Of a stretch of 64,000 nt of DNA, positions 28,501 through 44,179 are shown in pieces (position 1 is the first letter of the stretch; the number at the start of each line of letters is the position of its first letter). This DNA is from the human T2T-CHM13v2.0 reference genome, Homo sapiens. Made by a program: the position numbers and the translations under genes. The DNA lies in NCBI RefSeq assembly GCF_009914755.1, contig NC_060928.1; one strand, 5' to 3'. The notes beneath the pieces were generated by a model. It ran no database searches, was not told where the DNA came from, and saw nothing but the letters and a program-made list of their open reading frames with translations.

Positions 28501-29829
28501 GTGAGACTGTGAATAGATCTCCAGAAAAGAGATTGAAAAACCCAGGATTTTAATGAACTCATATTGGGGGCTGGGAATTCCAAAGAGGTAGGGGGGGATG
28601 GTTTATTAAGGAGGGGAATTTGGGGATGAGAGAAGTGGGGAGCAAATTAGGTCAGATAAAGGGAAGAAAGTATTTAGGTAATTGATGCCTAGAGAGTAAG
28701 TTCTGATAAGGAGTAGAATAAACGGGGATGTGTAGGTGAACCGTCTCCTCAGAGGTGACTGAGCAATAAACTTTACTGCTGTGGTCTAGATCATTTGTCT
28801 CTGGGGAGGGGCACCTACTGCCTCAGGAAGCCTGATATGGTCTAATCAAAGTCAGCTGCTTCTTAGACAGCAGGAGTTGTGGTAGTCTCTGCTCTATCAC
28901 TACACTAGTTTGGTGACTCACCTATTTTTTCTAATCTAGTGAATTTGGTTCTCCTCTCTTCTCTTCTGACTTCTGCCTATTTGTTGTTTCTACTTACTTC
29001 GGGCATGGGGAGGGATTATCTTCAGACAAAATAATTCCTCCTTTATAAATGGAATCACTGCAAGGTTTTTTTGAAATATAAAGCAACAAATTCTTTTCGA
29101 TACACAACTTAATTTGCACCCATAACACATGCACGATACACTGCCAAGACTTGGGTGATGGACTGACCCATGGTGGGGAGGTGGGGAGAGTGTTTGTGAA
29201 AGACAGAGATATGGAGAGAGGCATACTATTTTTTACATTGATGGATTTCCTCCCCTAGCATAGGAGAAAAGTAGATGAATGAGTATTTCATGTGTGAGAG
29301 CCTAAAGAAAGAGGAAAGAACTGAATACATGTCTGGAAAGAAAGATTTGAGTCTGAGGATGGCAAATAGAACTTCACCCTGAGAGTGCTCCCCAACTCTG
29401 TCAGAGGTCTGAATAATGCCAGGCTGGTGGCCAAATACAGAAATGTTGTAATGGAGCACTGTATGAGGAACAGGAACTATACTCTCCTCAACAGAAGGCC
29501 AACCCAGCGTTTCAGCCCTAAGACAAGTTGAGTGGCCTCAGCTAGAGAATAGGAACAATACCTTGGTTGACCTTCCAGACTTCTCTTACCAATATAAATA
29601 CGCAACCACTGTGTGAGGACACCTTCCAGATTCTCAGGTCTTTCTCCACTCCTAAGTAACCACCAGACACCTATGCCATGTGAGGGAGGTAGTTGAAAGA
29701 GGAGGGGAGAGTTTCTACACCCATGCTTTGTGGAGAACTATGCATATTAGTAACACCTGGACTGGAGACAGAAGGAATAGTCACTACTGTTGCAAACAAA
29801 TATTTTCACAATATACCCATATTTTTTGT

Positions 29830-30030
29830 TTAGATTTTACCAGGCATGCACTTGAATCCCAGCTCCACTATTTACTAACTGTGTGACTTTGGTAATATTA
29901 CTTAACCTTTAAGCCTTGATTTCTTCATCTACAAAATGTAAATCAGTACCAAATAGGTCTGGTTACTCTAAAGGTTAAATGAGATAATGCATATAGAATA
30001 TTTAATACTAAACACTTTACGAAGAAGAAG
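29830..30030 (+). mobile_element. MIR
   Basis: ttgaatcccagctccactatttactaactgtgtgactttgg...aaatgagataatgcat. Confidence 0.8.
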
Positions 30031-30162
30031 AAATCTATTCTTATCATCAAGGGACATACAATTAATAGGTATGTAGTGATGCATAAAATAGCAAGCTCAG
30101 AACAATAAGACACATCAGAAGTGCTCTGCCATTTTTAGGGTTTCATGAGCAATAAATCTGCG

Positions 30163-30340
30163 AGACCAGGCATGGAGGCTCACATCTGTAATCCTAACAC
30201 TTTGAGAGGCTGAGGCAGGAGGGTTGCTTGAGCCCAGGAGTTCAAGGCTGTAATGAGTCATGATCATGCCACTGTACCCCAGCCTGGGTGACAGAGTGAG
30301 ACTCTATTTCAGTCAACTGATTAATAAAAAATAAATAAAT
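30163..30340 (+). mobile_element. FAM/FRAM Alu monomer
   Basis: Single monomer ending cagcctgggtgacagagtgagact plus A-rich tail. Confidence 0.8.
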
Positions 30341-30539
30341 GAAATGTTTTGTGCTGTATTTTCCTCATGGAGATTTATACTGCACATTAGTCCATTATAT
30401 ACTCTGAGAATTCCTGCAATAAACAACCTGAATAACTCCATTTATCCCACAGTTTCTCAGCATTGCATATACACAAACTATTAATATCTTACAGAGATAG
30501 TCTTCCTCAAAACACCACTTGAATAAATTTCCATTTCTG

Positions 30540-30900
30540 TCCGAGATGGACTGAGTGTTTATGCCCCACTCCCAGAAGTCATATGTTGAAGCCCTAACCT
30601 CCAATGTGATGGTATAGAAAGCAGGGCCTTTGAGAGGTAATCAAGTCATCAGGGTAGAGCCACCATGATGGAACGTAGCTCTCTCCCCTCTCACTCTTCT
30701 CACACACAAAGAGGAGGTCATGTGAGCACATAACAAGATGGTGGCACTATAAGGCAAGACTAGAGGTCTCAGAATAAATTTCACCTTGCCAGCACATTCA
30801 TCTTGGACTTCCCAGCCTCCAGACTGTGAAAAATAAATTTCTGTAGTTTAAGCCACCCTGCTGCTAAATTTTGTTATAGCAGCTTGCACTGATTAAGACA
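30540..30900 (+). mobile_element. MLT1A/MST-type MaLR LTR
   Basis: catatgttgaagccctaacctccaatgtgatggta; ggacttcccagcctccagactgtg..aataaatttctg. Confidence 0.8.
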
Positions 30901-32689
30901 ATGGAGTAACCAGAATCAAATTTACCCATTTACCCTTCATCTGAAACAACTCAAAATCTAGACTATACAAAATAATAGTTCTCAAGATATGGGACATCAA
31001 GCACTAAGGACAGTGACCCTTACAGTTGCCCTAACTTGCTGCCTGTGGAAAGTTTCCATGATGCAACATAAGAAGGAGGAACCCAGGAGGAACCTGGATT
31101 TCTTGCTGAGTTGAAGAGATGGGATTAGGAGTTCCAGGAGGCCAAGACAGGAGTTCACAAGACAGAGTACCAGAGAGGAGAGAGATGCACAGAGAGGGAA
31201 CTCTAAGGATCTGCAAAAGATCCCCTCAACTTTTCAGCTGGGAGCTTTCCTCAGAACATGCACATGAGGAACCTATCCAAGGCTGAAAAAGAATTACTCA
31301 GAAGGATTAAAGGGAGTAATCTCTTGAGCTCACACAGGCCAGGAAGAGTGGCTATTCCTACCAGCATTCATGGGTAGAATACTCAAAAGGGTTTTGCCTC
31401 AGGAAGGAATATTAATCCTAAACTAGATGCTGTTCTAGTCCAACCTAGCAAAGCTTAAAAGCAAGGCTCAGGAGGATTAAATGACTGCCAAGTTACTTAA
31501 CCCCATATCAGCACACCTCAAGACTATAAGAATACAAATATATCCAGCATTCAAACAAAGTAAAATGTACAATACTTGGCATTTGATAAAAAATTACCAG
31601 ACATGCAAAGAAGCAGGAAAATTAGACTCATGATAGGAACAAAATTAATAAATCAAAAGGGACTGTAAATGACACAGATGATAGAATGTATAAGCAAGAA
31701 CATTACTTTTTATAACTTTGTCCTATTTGTTAAAGAAGCCAGAGGAAAATTGGCCATGTTAAGTAGAGACATGGAAGATATTAAAAAGCTTCTAGATTTA
31801 AAAAATAGTGTCTAAGATGAAAAGGAACTGCTTATTTTAACAGCAGATTAGACAATTTAGAAGAAAAGATTAGTGAATCATGAAAATATTGCAATAGAAA
31901 CTATCCAAAATGAAATACAGAGATTAAAAACTAAAAATAAAATAATAAAAAGATAGTCAATTATCTGTATGTCACCTTTAAACAACCTAATATACTTGTA
32001 ATTGAAATCTCCAAAGGAAGCAGGGGAGGATATCTCAAAAAATAATGGCAAAAATATTCTAAATTTGATGAAAATTAAAACTCTCCTGTCCAAGAAGATC
32101 AACAAGCCCCAAGCAGAAGAAACATGAAGAAAGTTACAAGAAGACACATGATAATAAATTTAGCTAAAACTAGTTATGAAGAGAAAATCTTAAAAGCAGC
32201 CCAAGAAGTCCTGTCCTGTAGAGAGGAACAAGATTAAGGATGACAACATATTACAAGCTAGAAGGCAGTAGACCGATGTCTTTAAAGCACTGGAAGAAAA
32301 ATGTTGTCAATCTAGAATTCTTTATCCAGTGAAAACATCTTTCAAAAATGAATATGAAATAAAGATTTTTTCTCACACCTACAAGAGCTGAAAGAAATCT
32401 TTGCCAGCAGACATGCCTCGAAAGAAATGGTAAATGAAGTCCTTCAAGCAGAAGAAAAATGGCTCTAAAAGGAAATGTGTGTTTACATAAAAGAATGAAG
32501 AGCACTAGAAATAATAACCATGTGGGTAAATAGAAAGGCTTTTTCTTATTATTTAAATCTATTTTAAAAATAAACAGTGTAAAGCAATAATAATAAATCA
32601 TGAGATTTATATAGAAGTACAAGTAAAATGTATGACAATAGCACAACAGCAAGTAGGATTAGAAAATGTAAATATATAGTTTAAGGTTC

Positions 32690-32988
32690 TTTTTTTTTTT
32701 TGAGACAGGGGCTTGCTCTCACACCCAGCCTGGAGTGTAGTGGTGTGAACTCAGCTCACTGCAGCTTCAACCTCCTGAACTCAAGCAATCCGCCCACCTC
32801 AGCCTCCCAGGGAGTAGTTGGGACTACAGGTGTCTGCCACTATACCTGGCTAATTTTTGTATTTTTTTTGCAGAGACTGTGTTTCACCATGTTGCCCAGG
32901 CTGGTCTCGAACTTCTGAGCTCAAGCAATCCACCCTCCTCAGCCTCCAGAAGTGCTGGGATTACAGGCATGAGACACCAAGTCCAGCC
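32690..32988 (-). mobile_element. AluJ
   Basis: Dimeric Alu; TSD aaggttctt. Confidence 0.9.
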
Positions 32989-34199
32989 ATAAGGTTCTTA
33001 TTCTATATATACATGAAATGATATCACTTGAAGGTAGACTGTGATAAGTTAAATACGTATATTTTTTAAATCTTCAAACAACCACTAAAATAAAAGAACA
33101 AAGAGTTACAACTAATAAAGGAGATAGAATGGAATCATAAAATATGTTTTCAAAAGATGGTGTAAAAGGAATAAAAAGGAAACAAAAAACAGATGGAGAA
33201 AAATAGAAAAAAAAAACAACATGGTAGATTAAAACTCAACCATATCAATAATCACATTAAATAAAAAATCTAAATACAAAAATTTCAATTAAAAGGCAGA
33301 GATTGTCAGACTGGATTAAAAAAGATGAGACCTACCTATATACTGCCTTCAAGAAACCCATTTTAATATAAAGGCACAATTAGGTTAAAAGTAAAAGGGT
33401 GAGAAAAGATCATGCTACCACTAATCAAAAGTAAACTAGAGAGATTTCAAAGCAGCAAGCATTATCATGTTAAAGGTGAATTCATCAAGAAGGCATAGTG
33501 CTAAACATTTATGCACATAACAGAGTTTCTAAATATATGGAGCAAAACTGATAGAATTGCAAGGAAAAACAGACAAGTCTACAATTAATCAGATTTCAAC
33601 AAACTTTATCAATTATTGGTGGAATGAGTAAGTAGAAAAATCTATAGTTCTTATTTCTTCTAGATTTTTCTACCTATTCCACCAATAATTGATAAAGGGG
33701 TGTTGAAATCTGACTAATTTTAGATAACAGAAGAACAACATTATTAACCAACTATGTCTAACTGCATTTATAGAACACCCCACCCAACAACAGCAAACTA
33801 TACATTAATCTCAAGTGCAGACAGAACTTCTATGAGTATAAAATATATTTTGGGCCAAAAAACAGACAGGTCTCAACAATTTTACAAGGATTCAAGCCAT
33901 ATAAAGTATGTGCTGTGATTGCAATGAGTAATATTAGAAATTGATAACAAAAATATCTGGAAAAATCTTGAACTATTGAGGATACTAACAGATTGCTAAA
34001 TAACCCATAGGTCAAGGAATAAATCAAAAGGGAAGCTTGAAAGTATTTTGAACTGAATGAAAATGGAAATAAAACAACAAAATTTTTGAAATTCAGTCAA
34101 AGCAGTATTTACTAGGAAATTTGTACTATAAATACCAATATTATTATAGAAAAGGGGAAAGATCTCACATCAGTGATCTTGGTTTCTATTAAAAAACTA

Positions 34200-34970
34200 A
34201 AAGACATACAAATGGTCAACAGACATATGAAAAGACACTCAATATCACTAATCATCAGGGAAATGCAGATTAAAACCACAATGAGATGTCACCTTCTACT
34301 TGTCAAGGTGTCTATTATAAAAAAAAAAAAGATTACTGTTCACAACGATGTTGAGAAATTGGAACACTTGTACACTGTTAGTGGGAATGTAAAATGGTGC
34401 AGCTGCTTGGAAAACAGTATGGAGGTTCCTCAAAAAGTTAAAATAGAACTACCATACAATCCAGCAATCTCACTTCTGGATATTTATCCAAAAGAATTGA
34501 AATCAGGATCTCAAGGAGATTTGAACACATGTTCACTGCAACATTATTCCTAATAGTCAAGATATGGAAACAACCTAAATGAGTGAATAAAGAAAGGTGG
34601 TATATACATACAATGGAATATTGTTCAGCCTTAAAAAAGAAGAAAATCCTGCCATCTATGACATGAGAAAACCTTGATGACATTATACTATGTGAAATAA
34701 GCCAGTCACAGAAAGACAAATACTGCATGATTCCACTTATATATGGTATCTAAATAGTCAAATTCAGAAGCAGAGTGGCGGTTGCCAGGGGATGGGGGAG
34801 GGTGAAATGAAGAGTCGTTTTTCAATAGTATAAAGCTTCAGTTATGCAAGATAAATAAGTTCAAGAGATCTGCTTCACAACATTGTGCTATAGTCAACAA
34901 TACTGTATTATACACTTAAAATTTTGTTCAAAGGGTATGTCTCATGTTAAGTGTTCTTATCACATTTTTC
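34200..34970 (+). mobile_element. 5'-truncated L1MA (L1MA9-like) nested in older L1
   Basis: ORF 34173-34553 resembles L1 ORF2 C-terminus ([14 protein letters not shown]); L1MA-type 3'UTR; host L1 resumes after aaactagaaa. Confidence 0.85.
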
Positions 34971-35319
34971 AAACTAGAAAAAAGTGAAAAAATTAAACCC
35001 CAAAATAAGTAGAATAAGGAAATAATAAAGATCAGAACAGAAATCAATGAAATAGAAAACAAAAACAGTAGTGTCATTAAAACAAAACTTTGGTTCTTCA
35101 ATGCAGTCAGTATAATTAGTAAACCTCTATCCAGACTGATTAGGGAAAAAAAGAGAAAAGATAAATATTACCAATATCAGAAATGAGAGAGATAATATAA
35201 CTGCAGGAAATACTATGGACAACTTCATGCCTGTGAATTTGACATAAGGTAGTTTTAGCCCTCCAACTTTTTTTTTTTTTTTTGAGTAATTATGGCTATT
35301 GTGGATTCTCTGCATCTCT

Positions 35320-37487
35320 TTATTAAGGAGTCCGGCTCCTGGCCAAAGTCTACATGTGATTTTTCAGATCCTACTATAGGCAATTACAAAGGCTTTACCT
35401 CGCAGGTCTCAAGGGAGGAAGCTGACTACCCCCTCACCAGACTTGGTGCACAGCCAGAGCATTGCAGTCCCTGAAGGGTCTTGCAGTCACCGACTCAGGC
35501 CCATCTGGCTGACCATGCTCTTACACATGCCTGCATTCCTCACCTAAGTACCTCCATTTGGAGTCCTCTTTATTTTTTCTGGGTGGGGGGGAGCCATCTT
35601 TTTTTTCCTTCAACTTTTAAGTTCAGGGGTACATGTGCAGGATGTGATGTTTGTTACATAGGTAAACGTCTGCCATGGTGGTTTGCTGCACAGATCATCC
35701 CATCACCTAGGTTTTAAGCCCAGCATTCATTAGCTGTTCTTCCTGATGCTCTCCCTCCCTCATCCCACACCCCCAACAGACCCCAGTGTGTGTTGCTCCC
35801 TGCTGTGTGTCCATGTGTTTTCATTGTTCAGCTCCCACTTATTAGAACATGCGGTGTTTGGTTTTTTGTTCCTTCTTTAGTTTGCTGAGAATAATGGCTT
35901 CCAACTCCATTCATGTCCCTTCAAAGGACATGATCTCATTCCTTTTTATGGCTGCATACTTTCCATGGCGTATATGTGCCACATTTTCTTTATCCAGTCT
36001 ATCATTGATGGACATTTAGTTTCATTCCGTGTCTTTGCTATTGTAAATAGTGCTGCAATGAACATATGCATGAATGTATCTTTATTACAGAAAGATATAT
36101 ATTCCTTTGGGTATATACCCAGTAATGGGATTGCTAGGTCAAATGTTATCTCTGTCTCTGGGTCTTTGAGGAATCACCACACTATCTTCCACAGTGGTTG
36201 AACTAATTTACACTGCCATCAACAGTGTAAAAGCATTCCTATTTCTCCACAACCTCACCAGCATCAGTTGCTTTTGACGTTTTAATAGTCACCATTCTGA
36301 CTGGCATGAGATAGTATCTCATTGTGGTTTTGATTTGCATTTCTCTAATGATCAGTAATATTGAGCTTTATTTCATATGTTTGTTTGCCACATGTATGTC
36401 TTCTTTTGAGGAGTATCTGTTCATGTCCTTTGCCCACTTTTTAATGGGTTTGTTTATTTGTTTTCCTGTAAATTTGTTATGTTTCTTGTAGATTCTGGAT
36501 ATTAGACCTTTGTCAGATGGATAGATTGCAAAAATGTTCTCCCAATCTGTAGGATGTCTGTTCACTTTAATAATAGTTTATTTTGCTGTGCAGAAGGCTT
36601 TTAGTTTAATTAGATCCTATTTGTCAATTGTTGCTTTTGTTGCAATTGCTTTTGACATTTTTGTCATGAAATCTTTGCCCATGCCTACGTCCTGAATGGT
36701 ATTGCCTAGATTTTCTTCTAGGGTTTTTATAGTTTTGGGTTTTACATTTAGGTCTTTAATCCATCTTGAGTTAATTTTTATATAGGTATAAGGAAGGAGT
36801 TCAGTTTCAATTTTCTGCATATGGCTAGCCAGTTTTCCCAGCACCATTTATTAAATAGGGAATCTTTTCCCCATTCCTCGTTTTTGTCAGGATTGTCAAA
36901 GATCAGATGGTTTGTAGGTGTGTGGTCTTATTTCTGAGTTCTCTGTTCTGTTCCATTGGTCTATGTGTCTGTTCTTGTACCAGTACTATGCAGTTTTGGT
37001 TACTGTAGTCTTGTAGCATAGTTTGAAGTTGGGTAACGTGTTGCCTGGAGGCCTCTTTATTAGAAGCCTTGCACAGGGGCTTTCTGCAGAGGCCTTCCTC
37101 AGGTGCCTCTGCTAAGATCTCCTTATCTAGGTAGAAATAGGGGACACTTGATGCTTTTCTCCGCATTAACCCAATACTCAGTACTTTTTTTCTCCTACCC
37201 CTTCCCTTCTCTCACCTCCTGGTCCCCAGGTCCATAATACACCAGGAGCCTTTTGGGGGGCAGGGCTCCTTTGGCATTGAGACCATTCCCCACAGCTGCA
37301 CTGATCCACCTGATCCTCAACCAGAGCTGTTTTACAGGGAAAATAAAGGGAGGTGGCACATTGCTTATACCATCATAGTACAGCAAGTGACTAAAGGCTT
37401 GACTCTTATTTTCATTTTAGTTTTTTGCCTTAATCAGCTATGCTGATTCCTGGCAGATCAGCACTCTCTTAGTTCAGTTTTTGACAC
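35320..37487 (+). mobile_element. ERVL-like solo LTR split by an L1PA
   Basis: Two LTR-like halves (35320-35596 and 37047-37487) with aataaa and terminal tttgaca; family not certain. Confidence 0.5.
35597..37046 (-). mobile_element. 5'-truncated L1PA (older L1PA subfamily)
   Basis: Antisense L1PA 3'UTR and ORF2; degenerate TSD ggagccatcttt / ggaggcctcttt. Confidence 0.92.
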
Positions 37488-37489
37488 GT

Positions 37490-38240
37490 GATTATAGAAG
37501 CAGTTTGTCAATCTCCACAATAAAGTCTAATCCGTTTAATAATACTGAATCTTCCAATCCATGAACATGGTATATCTCTCTATTTAAATCTTTTTCCATT
37601 TCACTTAGCAATGTTGTCATGGTATATCTCTGCATTTGTTGTCAGCGTACTGGTCTTGAACATCTCTTGTCAGAATTTTCCCTGGGTTTCATATTTTTGA
37701 TGCTATTATAAGTGCTGTTGTTTAATTTCAATTTTGGATTGTTATACTATATAGAAATACAATTGATTTTTGTATATTGATCTTATAACCAGAAACCTTG
37801 ATAAACTTACTTATTAGTTCTAGTAGATTTTTTTGTAGATTATCTAATATTTTCTACATAAACGATAATATTGTCTGCTGATAAAGGCAGTTTTACTGCT
37901 TCCTTTCCCATATCAATATCTTTTATTTTTTTCTTGTCTGTTTGCATTGCTAAAAGTTCCAAGAAAACATTGAGTAGACATTGTAAGAGTGATATCCCTC
38001 ACAAGTTCTTAATCTAAGAAGGAAAGCACTTATTCTGTCTCCATTACATATGAGCAGCAGGCTTCAGCCTTTTGTAAGGTTAAGGAATTTCCTTTCTATT
38101 CCAAGTTTGCTGAGAGTTTTTTTATTAGGAACTAAGGTTGAATTTTGTAAAAATGACTTTTCTGTATCCATTGAGAATAACCATATAAGTTTTCTCTTTT
38201 CGTATGTTAGTATTGAGAACTGGTAAATTGCATTTTAATA
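37490..38240 (-). mobile_element. L1M ORF2 fragment (continues 35245-35320)
   Basis: aatactgaatcttccaatccatgaacatggtatatctctc; ttccaagtttgctgagagttttt. Confidence 0.8.
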
Positions 38241-38251
38241 ATTTAGGGCAG

Positions 38252-38883
<632 letters not shown>

Positions 38884-40259
38884 AATTCATACAGGAAAGC
38901 CAGGATTTGCTTGATCCTGACAAATAAAGGGCTTTCCCTTTATTTGTCAGTTTTCAAGGCAATGAGTTGGTATCTTATTATTCTTCAAAGGTGGTCAGTT
39001 TTTTTTTAATATCATTGTGAACTTATGTAGTTAAATGTGATATGTTATGGGTTTCATTCCCATGCAGTTTTTATCCTTATTGAGGTTCAAGGTTTCCCAT
39101 CTTCAGTCAGTGACAGCCACTTCAAGGAGTAAAGTTTTTTTTGTCATGACTCTAGTCATCATTGAAAGCTTACTTGCCATCAGGTATGACAAGATGTTCC
39201 AAGTTTATCTTATACACTTTCTACCCAAAACCTGAAATTAGTCAATTCTCAAAGAAGTCATGGTATCTTTTAGTAGTAAACAATATTTTAAGGCCACAAT
39301 CTGATCGTTAGGTCTAATCATTGCTAGTAGGTTGGTCATTGTTATTAGGCCTTTTCAGGTGCTCAGAGGTAATTTCAAATTCAAATACAGACTTTGTATT
39401 TTTACTTAAGCTTTCATATATATATAATTTTTTTCTGCATACTAATAATAGTTTTCAAGAATACAAGAGGTGATGGGATAAAATATCTATAATCATTCAT
39501 TTGCTTTATCCAACAATTCACATATAATAGTCTTAAGATAACAAAACTCACCCCAACAGAAGAGTTTGTAAATGTCTGTATTATATGTTTTTCCCAATTT
39601 TGCACTATGTCTACATTGTCAGAGCATATAGCCAGAGCAGACTATATCCTAGTCCATTTAACCCCTTAGTCTTAGTTCTACAAGTAATTATATTGAATAC
39701 CCACCATCTGTACTTGTGTCAATGTCATCCTAGTCATTTTGGTTGTCTGAAGCTTGTTTTCTATTTAGATACCTCAAGAAGGGCTCATGGGAGAAAATAA
39801 TCTCTTAAGTTTATATGTTGATAAGAGCTTGTATGTACTCTTTTTCTTGAAAGTAAGTTTAGTTACATGTAAAATGCTTGGCTCACATTTTCTTTCCTTG
39901 TGTATCTTAAATATGTTATTCTGTTTTTCTCTGGCTTAAAATTAGATGGTCATCTAATTTTCTTTCCCTTATAAATCACTTGCAGTTTTTGCCTAGATTT
40001 TGTAAGGATTTTTTTCCTTTTCATTAAGCCAAGTAATAACTAATATATATCTTTCTGTTTGTTGTTTTGTGTTCACATTTTGAAGTTCATCGTGTGCTCT
40101 TTCAATATGTAATTTCAAATTTTTTTATTTCAAGAACGTTTTGTTGAATTATAGCTTGTAGAACTATAGTTGCAGAATTTATTTTATTTCCTTGTTTTGG
40201 TGTTATTCTACAGGAAACGCTGGGACAGGCCACTTTATATCTTTACATAGCTCTATTAG

Positions 40260-40573
<314 letters not shown>

Positions 40574-40574
40574 T

Positions 40575-40887
40575 GTTTGTTTGGTTTTGTTTGTTTAGAC
40601 AGAGTCTCTCTCTGTCCCTCAGGCTGGAGTGCAGTGGCATAATCTTGGCTCACTGTAACCTCCGCCTCCTGGATTCAAGCGATTCTTATGCTTCAGCCTC
40701 CAGAGTAGCTGGGATTGCTGGGATTACAGGCGTGTACCACCACAACTGGCTAATTTTTGTACTTTTTAATAGAGACAGGGTTTTGCAGTGTTGGCCAGGC
40801 TGGTCTCTAACTCCTGGCGTCAAGTGATCCACCAGGCTCGGCCTCCCAAAGTGCTGGGATTACAGGTCTGAACCAATGCTCTTGGCC
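40575..40887 (-). mobile_element. AluS/J
   Basis: Dimeric Alu directly adjacent to previous, small internal gctgggatt duplication. Confidence 0.88.
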
Positions 40888-40936
40888 TCTTACCCCCATT
40901 TTTAAATTGAGGACACTGATAATCAGAAAGATTTTT

Positions 40937-41200
40937 TGTCTGGACATGGTGGCTCATGCCTGTAATCCCAGAACTTTGGAAGGCCAAGGTGCGAGGATTG
41001 TTGGAGCCCAGGAGTTCAAGACTAGCCTGGGAAACATAATAAGACGCTGTCTCTATAAAAAATTAACAGGGCGTGGCGGTACATGCCAGTGGTCCAAGCT
41101 ACTGAGGAGGCTGAGGTGGGGGGATTGCTTGAACCCATGAGGCTGAGGATGCAGTTGCGTCTCAACCTGGGCAACAGAGCAGGGCCCTGTAAGAAAAAAA
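40937..41200 (+). mobile_element. AluJ (degenerate) followed by GA-rich tract
   Basis: Dimeric Alu, J-like. Confidence 0.85.
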
Positions 41201-41272
41201 GAAGGGGAGGGGAAGGGAGGGGAGGGAGACATGGTGGGGTGTGGAGGGAGAGAGAGAGAAGGAAAGGAAAGA

Positions 41273-41700
<428 letters not shown>

Positions 41701-41809
41701 TCAACTATGAATCTTTAGGTCTTTTTTCCATATTACCCTGCCGCCTGGGTCCTTTCTGAGTTTATTTCACTGCTTTTCCTTCAGATGGTCACTCTCATAT
41801 GCCTTACAG

Positions 41810-42320
41810 TCTTGCTTCTCAAAATCTAGCCCTTGGACCAGCATCATTGGCATTACCAGAAACCCCATTAGAACTGAAGAATCTCAGTTGCTCCAGTCCT
41901 ACTGAATGAGATTCTGAATTTTTATAAGATCTCCAGGTTATTTCAATCTCCATTACAATTTAAGAAACACTGGTCTAGAGAAAAATCTAAAGGTATTTTA
42001 GGCTATAATTCTCAAATTTTATGGCATACTGATATCCCTTGGAATAATTTTTAATTCCTGATACCCAAGCCACAACCCCTATCAATTAAATCAAATCCAA
42101 ATCTCTGGGGATGGAGCATAGCATATGTTAAAACTCCCCAAGTGATCCAAAGTATAGCCATGTTTGGGAGCTAGGTCTTAAAACAGTACGGTTAGTCCTT
42201 CATGTTCCTAAGAATACTGGGAGCTTCTCATCTTCACATGCTGATTCAGTAGATCTAGTTTGGGGCCTGAGATTCTTCATTTCTAACAAGTTCTCGAATG
42301 GTAGTTTCTGCTGCTCCTAA
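41810..42320. mobile_element. Cluster of MER5-type (hAT-Charlie) MITE remnants
   Basis: Repeated ttctcaaa...agtttgagaa-like ends, cagcatc, ctgattcagtagatctag...tttctaacaagttc. Confidence 0.6.
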
Positions 42321-44179
42321 AAGTTTCTGGAGTTAAATGAAACTACCGGAAGCCTCCTTCAACAATGTCAATAAATACAAATAGCATCTAATCAAGGAAA
42401 GCTTCTCTAAGGCACAGTCCTGGCCTTCTAACTCCACCTGAGAGCAAAAAAGGAACTCCGGGAGAAGGGGTGGAGGTGCTGCAGGCTCTTACAAGGCTCT
42501 CCAGGTTACTTCACACCTGGTGCTGGGCAGACCCACCTAGGTGTGCCAGACAGTTGGGATCAGGCTGCTGCTTGCAGCCCCAAGGCAAGAGTTCTTGCAA
42601 ACACATACTTTTTTCTCATTGCCTGTGCCTTCACCATCTGTCTACCTTTCTTTCCCCGGGTCCTTCTCTTTCTTTTCCCTGGGTTCCTGTCTCCAGGCTT
42701 CCCAGCAGCAACTGGGGCACTTGCTTGGTCTGCTGTGTGCTTACTTGGGTTTTGGACTAAGTCAAAACTGCAAAATCTCAGGCCATAACACAGAGGAGCT
42801 TAAGCCAGCAGAATAAGAAGGGCCCTGGGGATAAGTGCCTAAGAGATATGGCATGATGGAACTTGATTTGTTTTTCATCACAGATCCATTCATGACACAC
42901 AATATGTGGTCTGATAGCTTGGCAGGACTGAACATGAACTATTCTCACTCCAGCTTATAATTTACATATTTTTCCCTTGGCAAGACCCAAGCAACTGTCA
43001 TCAGCAGGTTGTGTGGGACTTGTCGAGTGTGGTGGCAGGTCCACACTGGGTTTGGCTGTATCCCAAAGTTTTGACTCATCCCCTGGCCTGTGGCAGAGTG
43101 GGAAATCTTGCTGGTGTAGCTAGGTAAGGGCTTCCCTCTGGACATGCCAGGGCTAAGGAATCCTCAACAGCCTTAGCTGGCCATTTCTGAGATGGCGAAA
43201 CACTTACCCAGAATTCCACTGGGCCAAAAGTTAACCTCTACAGAAGAGCAAACTAATTCACTTTGTCTAGCTTTGACAGGAAAGAACAGAAAGAGAAGGG
43301 AAAAACTGAGACCTTAGGATATTCAACATAAAGGCAGCCAAGTAGAGGATTCTTAAAATCTGTTTCTAAATTAGGATCGTCCCACATTTATTTGGGGCTT
43401 ATTCAATGACATTTTCCTAAGCACTAGTTAACAAGGCATCTTACCACATGCCAGATAAAACTGGTCGTCAGAACATAACCTTTTTACCCTGCGGAATAAC
43501 ACTTTTCACCCAGATTCTTGAGACTCTTTAATTTCCTTACAGTTTCCAACCATTTAGGGAAAGCTACTCTGGGAACTGAAAGAGGCAATGTGGCTCAGAG
43601 ATTGAGCAGGTTTCTCCTCCCTACTAACAGCATCAGATGATAATTAATCCTCATTGCTTCCCAAAGGACAGCCAAGGAAAAACTTCATTTCCCAGATGAG
43701 GTGGCTCAACAAACTGCCCAAGACCAGTGTCCCAGCTAGCAAGTAGCCAGCTACCCACAGTGCAATCTGTTTCAGCCCTTGCGACAGGCTTCTGGTCTCC
43801 TGCAACTGGTCTGAGTAGACTTAAGTTCCTGTCTTCACTTGCCCCAGCCTTGTAACACCTCCCTTGAGAGTACTATTTCTATGTAGGCTTTTTAGGGCTG
43901 AAATGAGAGAAGACATTTCCTGGCCCTGAAGTGAGTCATTGGCCTAGTAAAACTTCACCTAAGGGGTAGCTGACTAGCCAATTGAGGACAATGGAGGAAG
44001 CCTGGCACCTCTGGAGGGAAGTTCCTGATGTGTGGAGATTTGCCATCTATGAGATGGCAAGGCTCAGTGGCTACACAGGCCCTCCGGCAGCCTTAAGCAT
44101 CAAATAAATTACATAAATACTTAGGGCCTCTAGGATCCAGGTCTTGAACTATGTGCCTTGGGAAGTCCAGAGTTGAGGT

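Larger units (their letters stand above)
30900..35220 (+). mobile_element. Old L1M (5' region, ORF1, start of ORF2), hosting later insertions
   Basis: A-rich sense L1-like sequence (aaatcttaaaagcagc; caatctagaattctttatccag; atttatagaacaccccacccaacaacagc). Confidence 0.8.
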
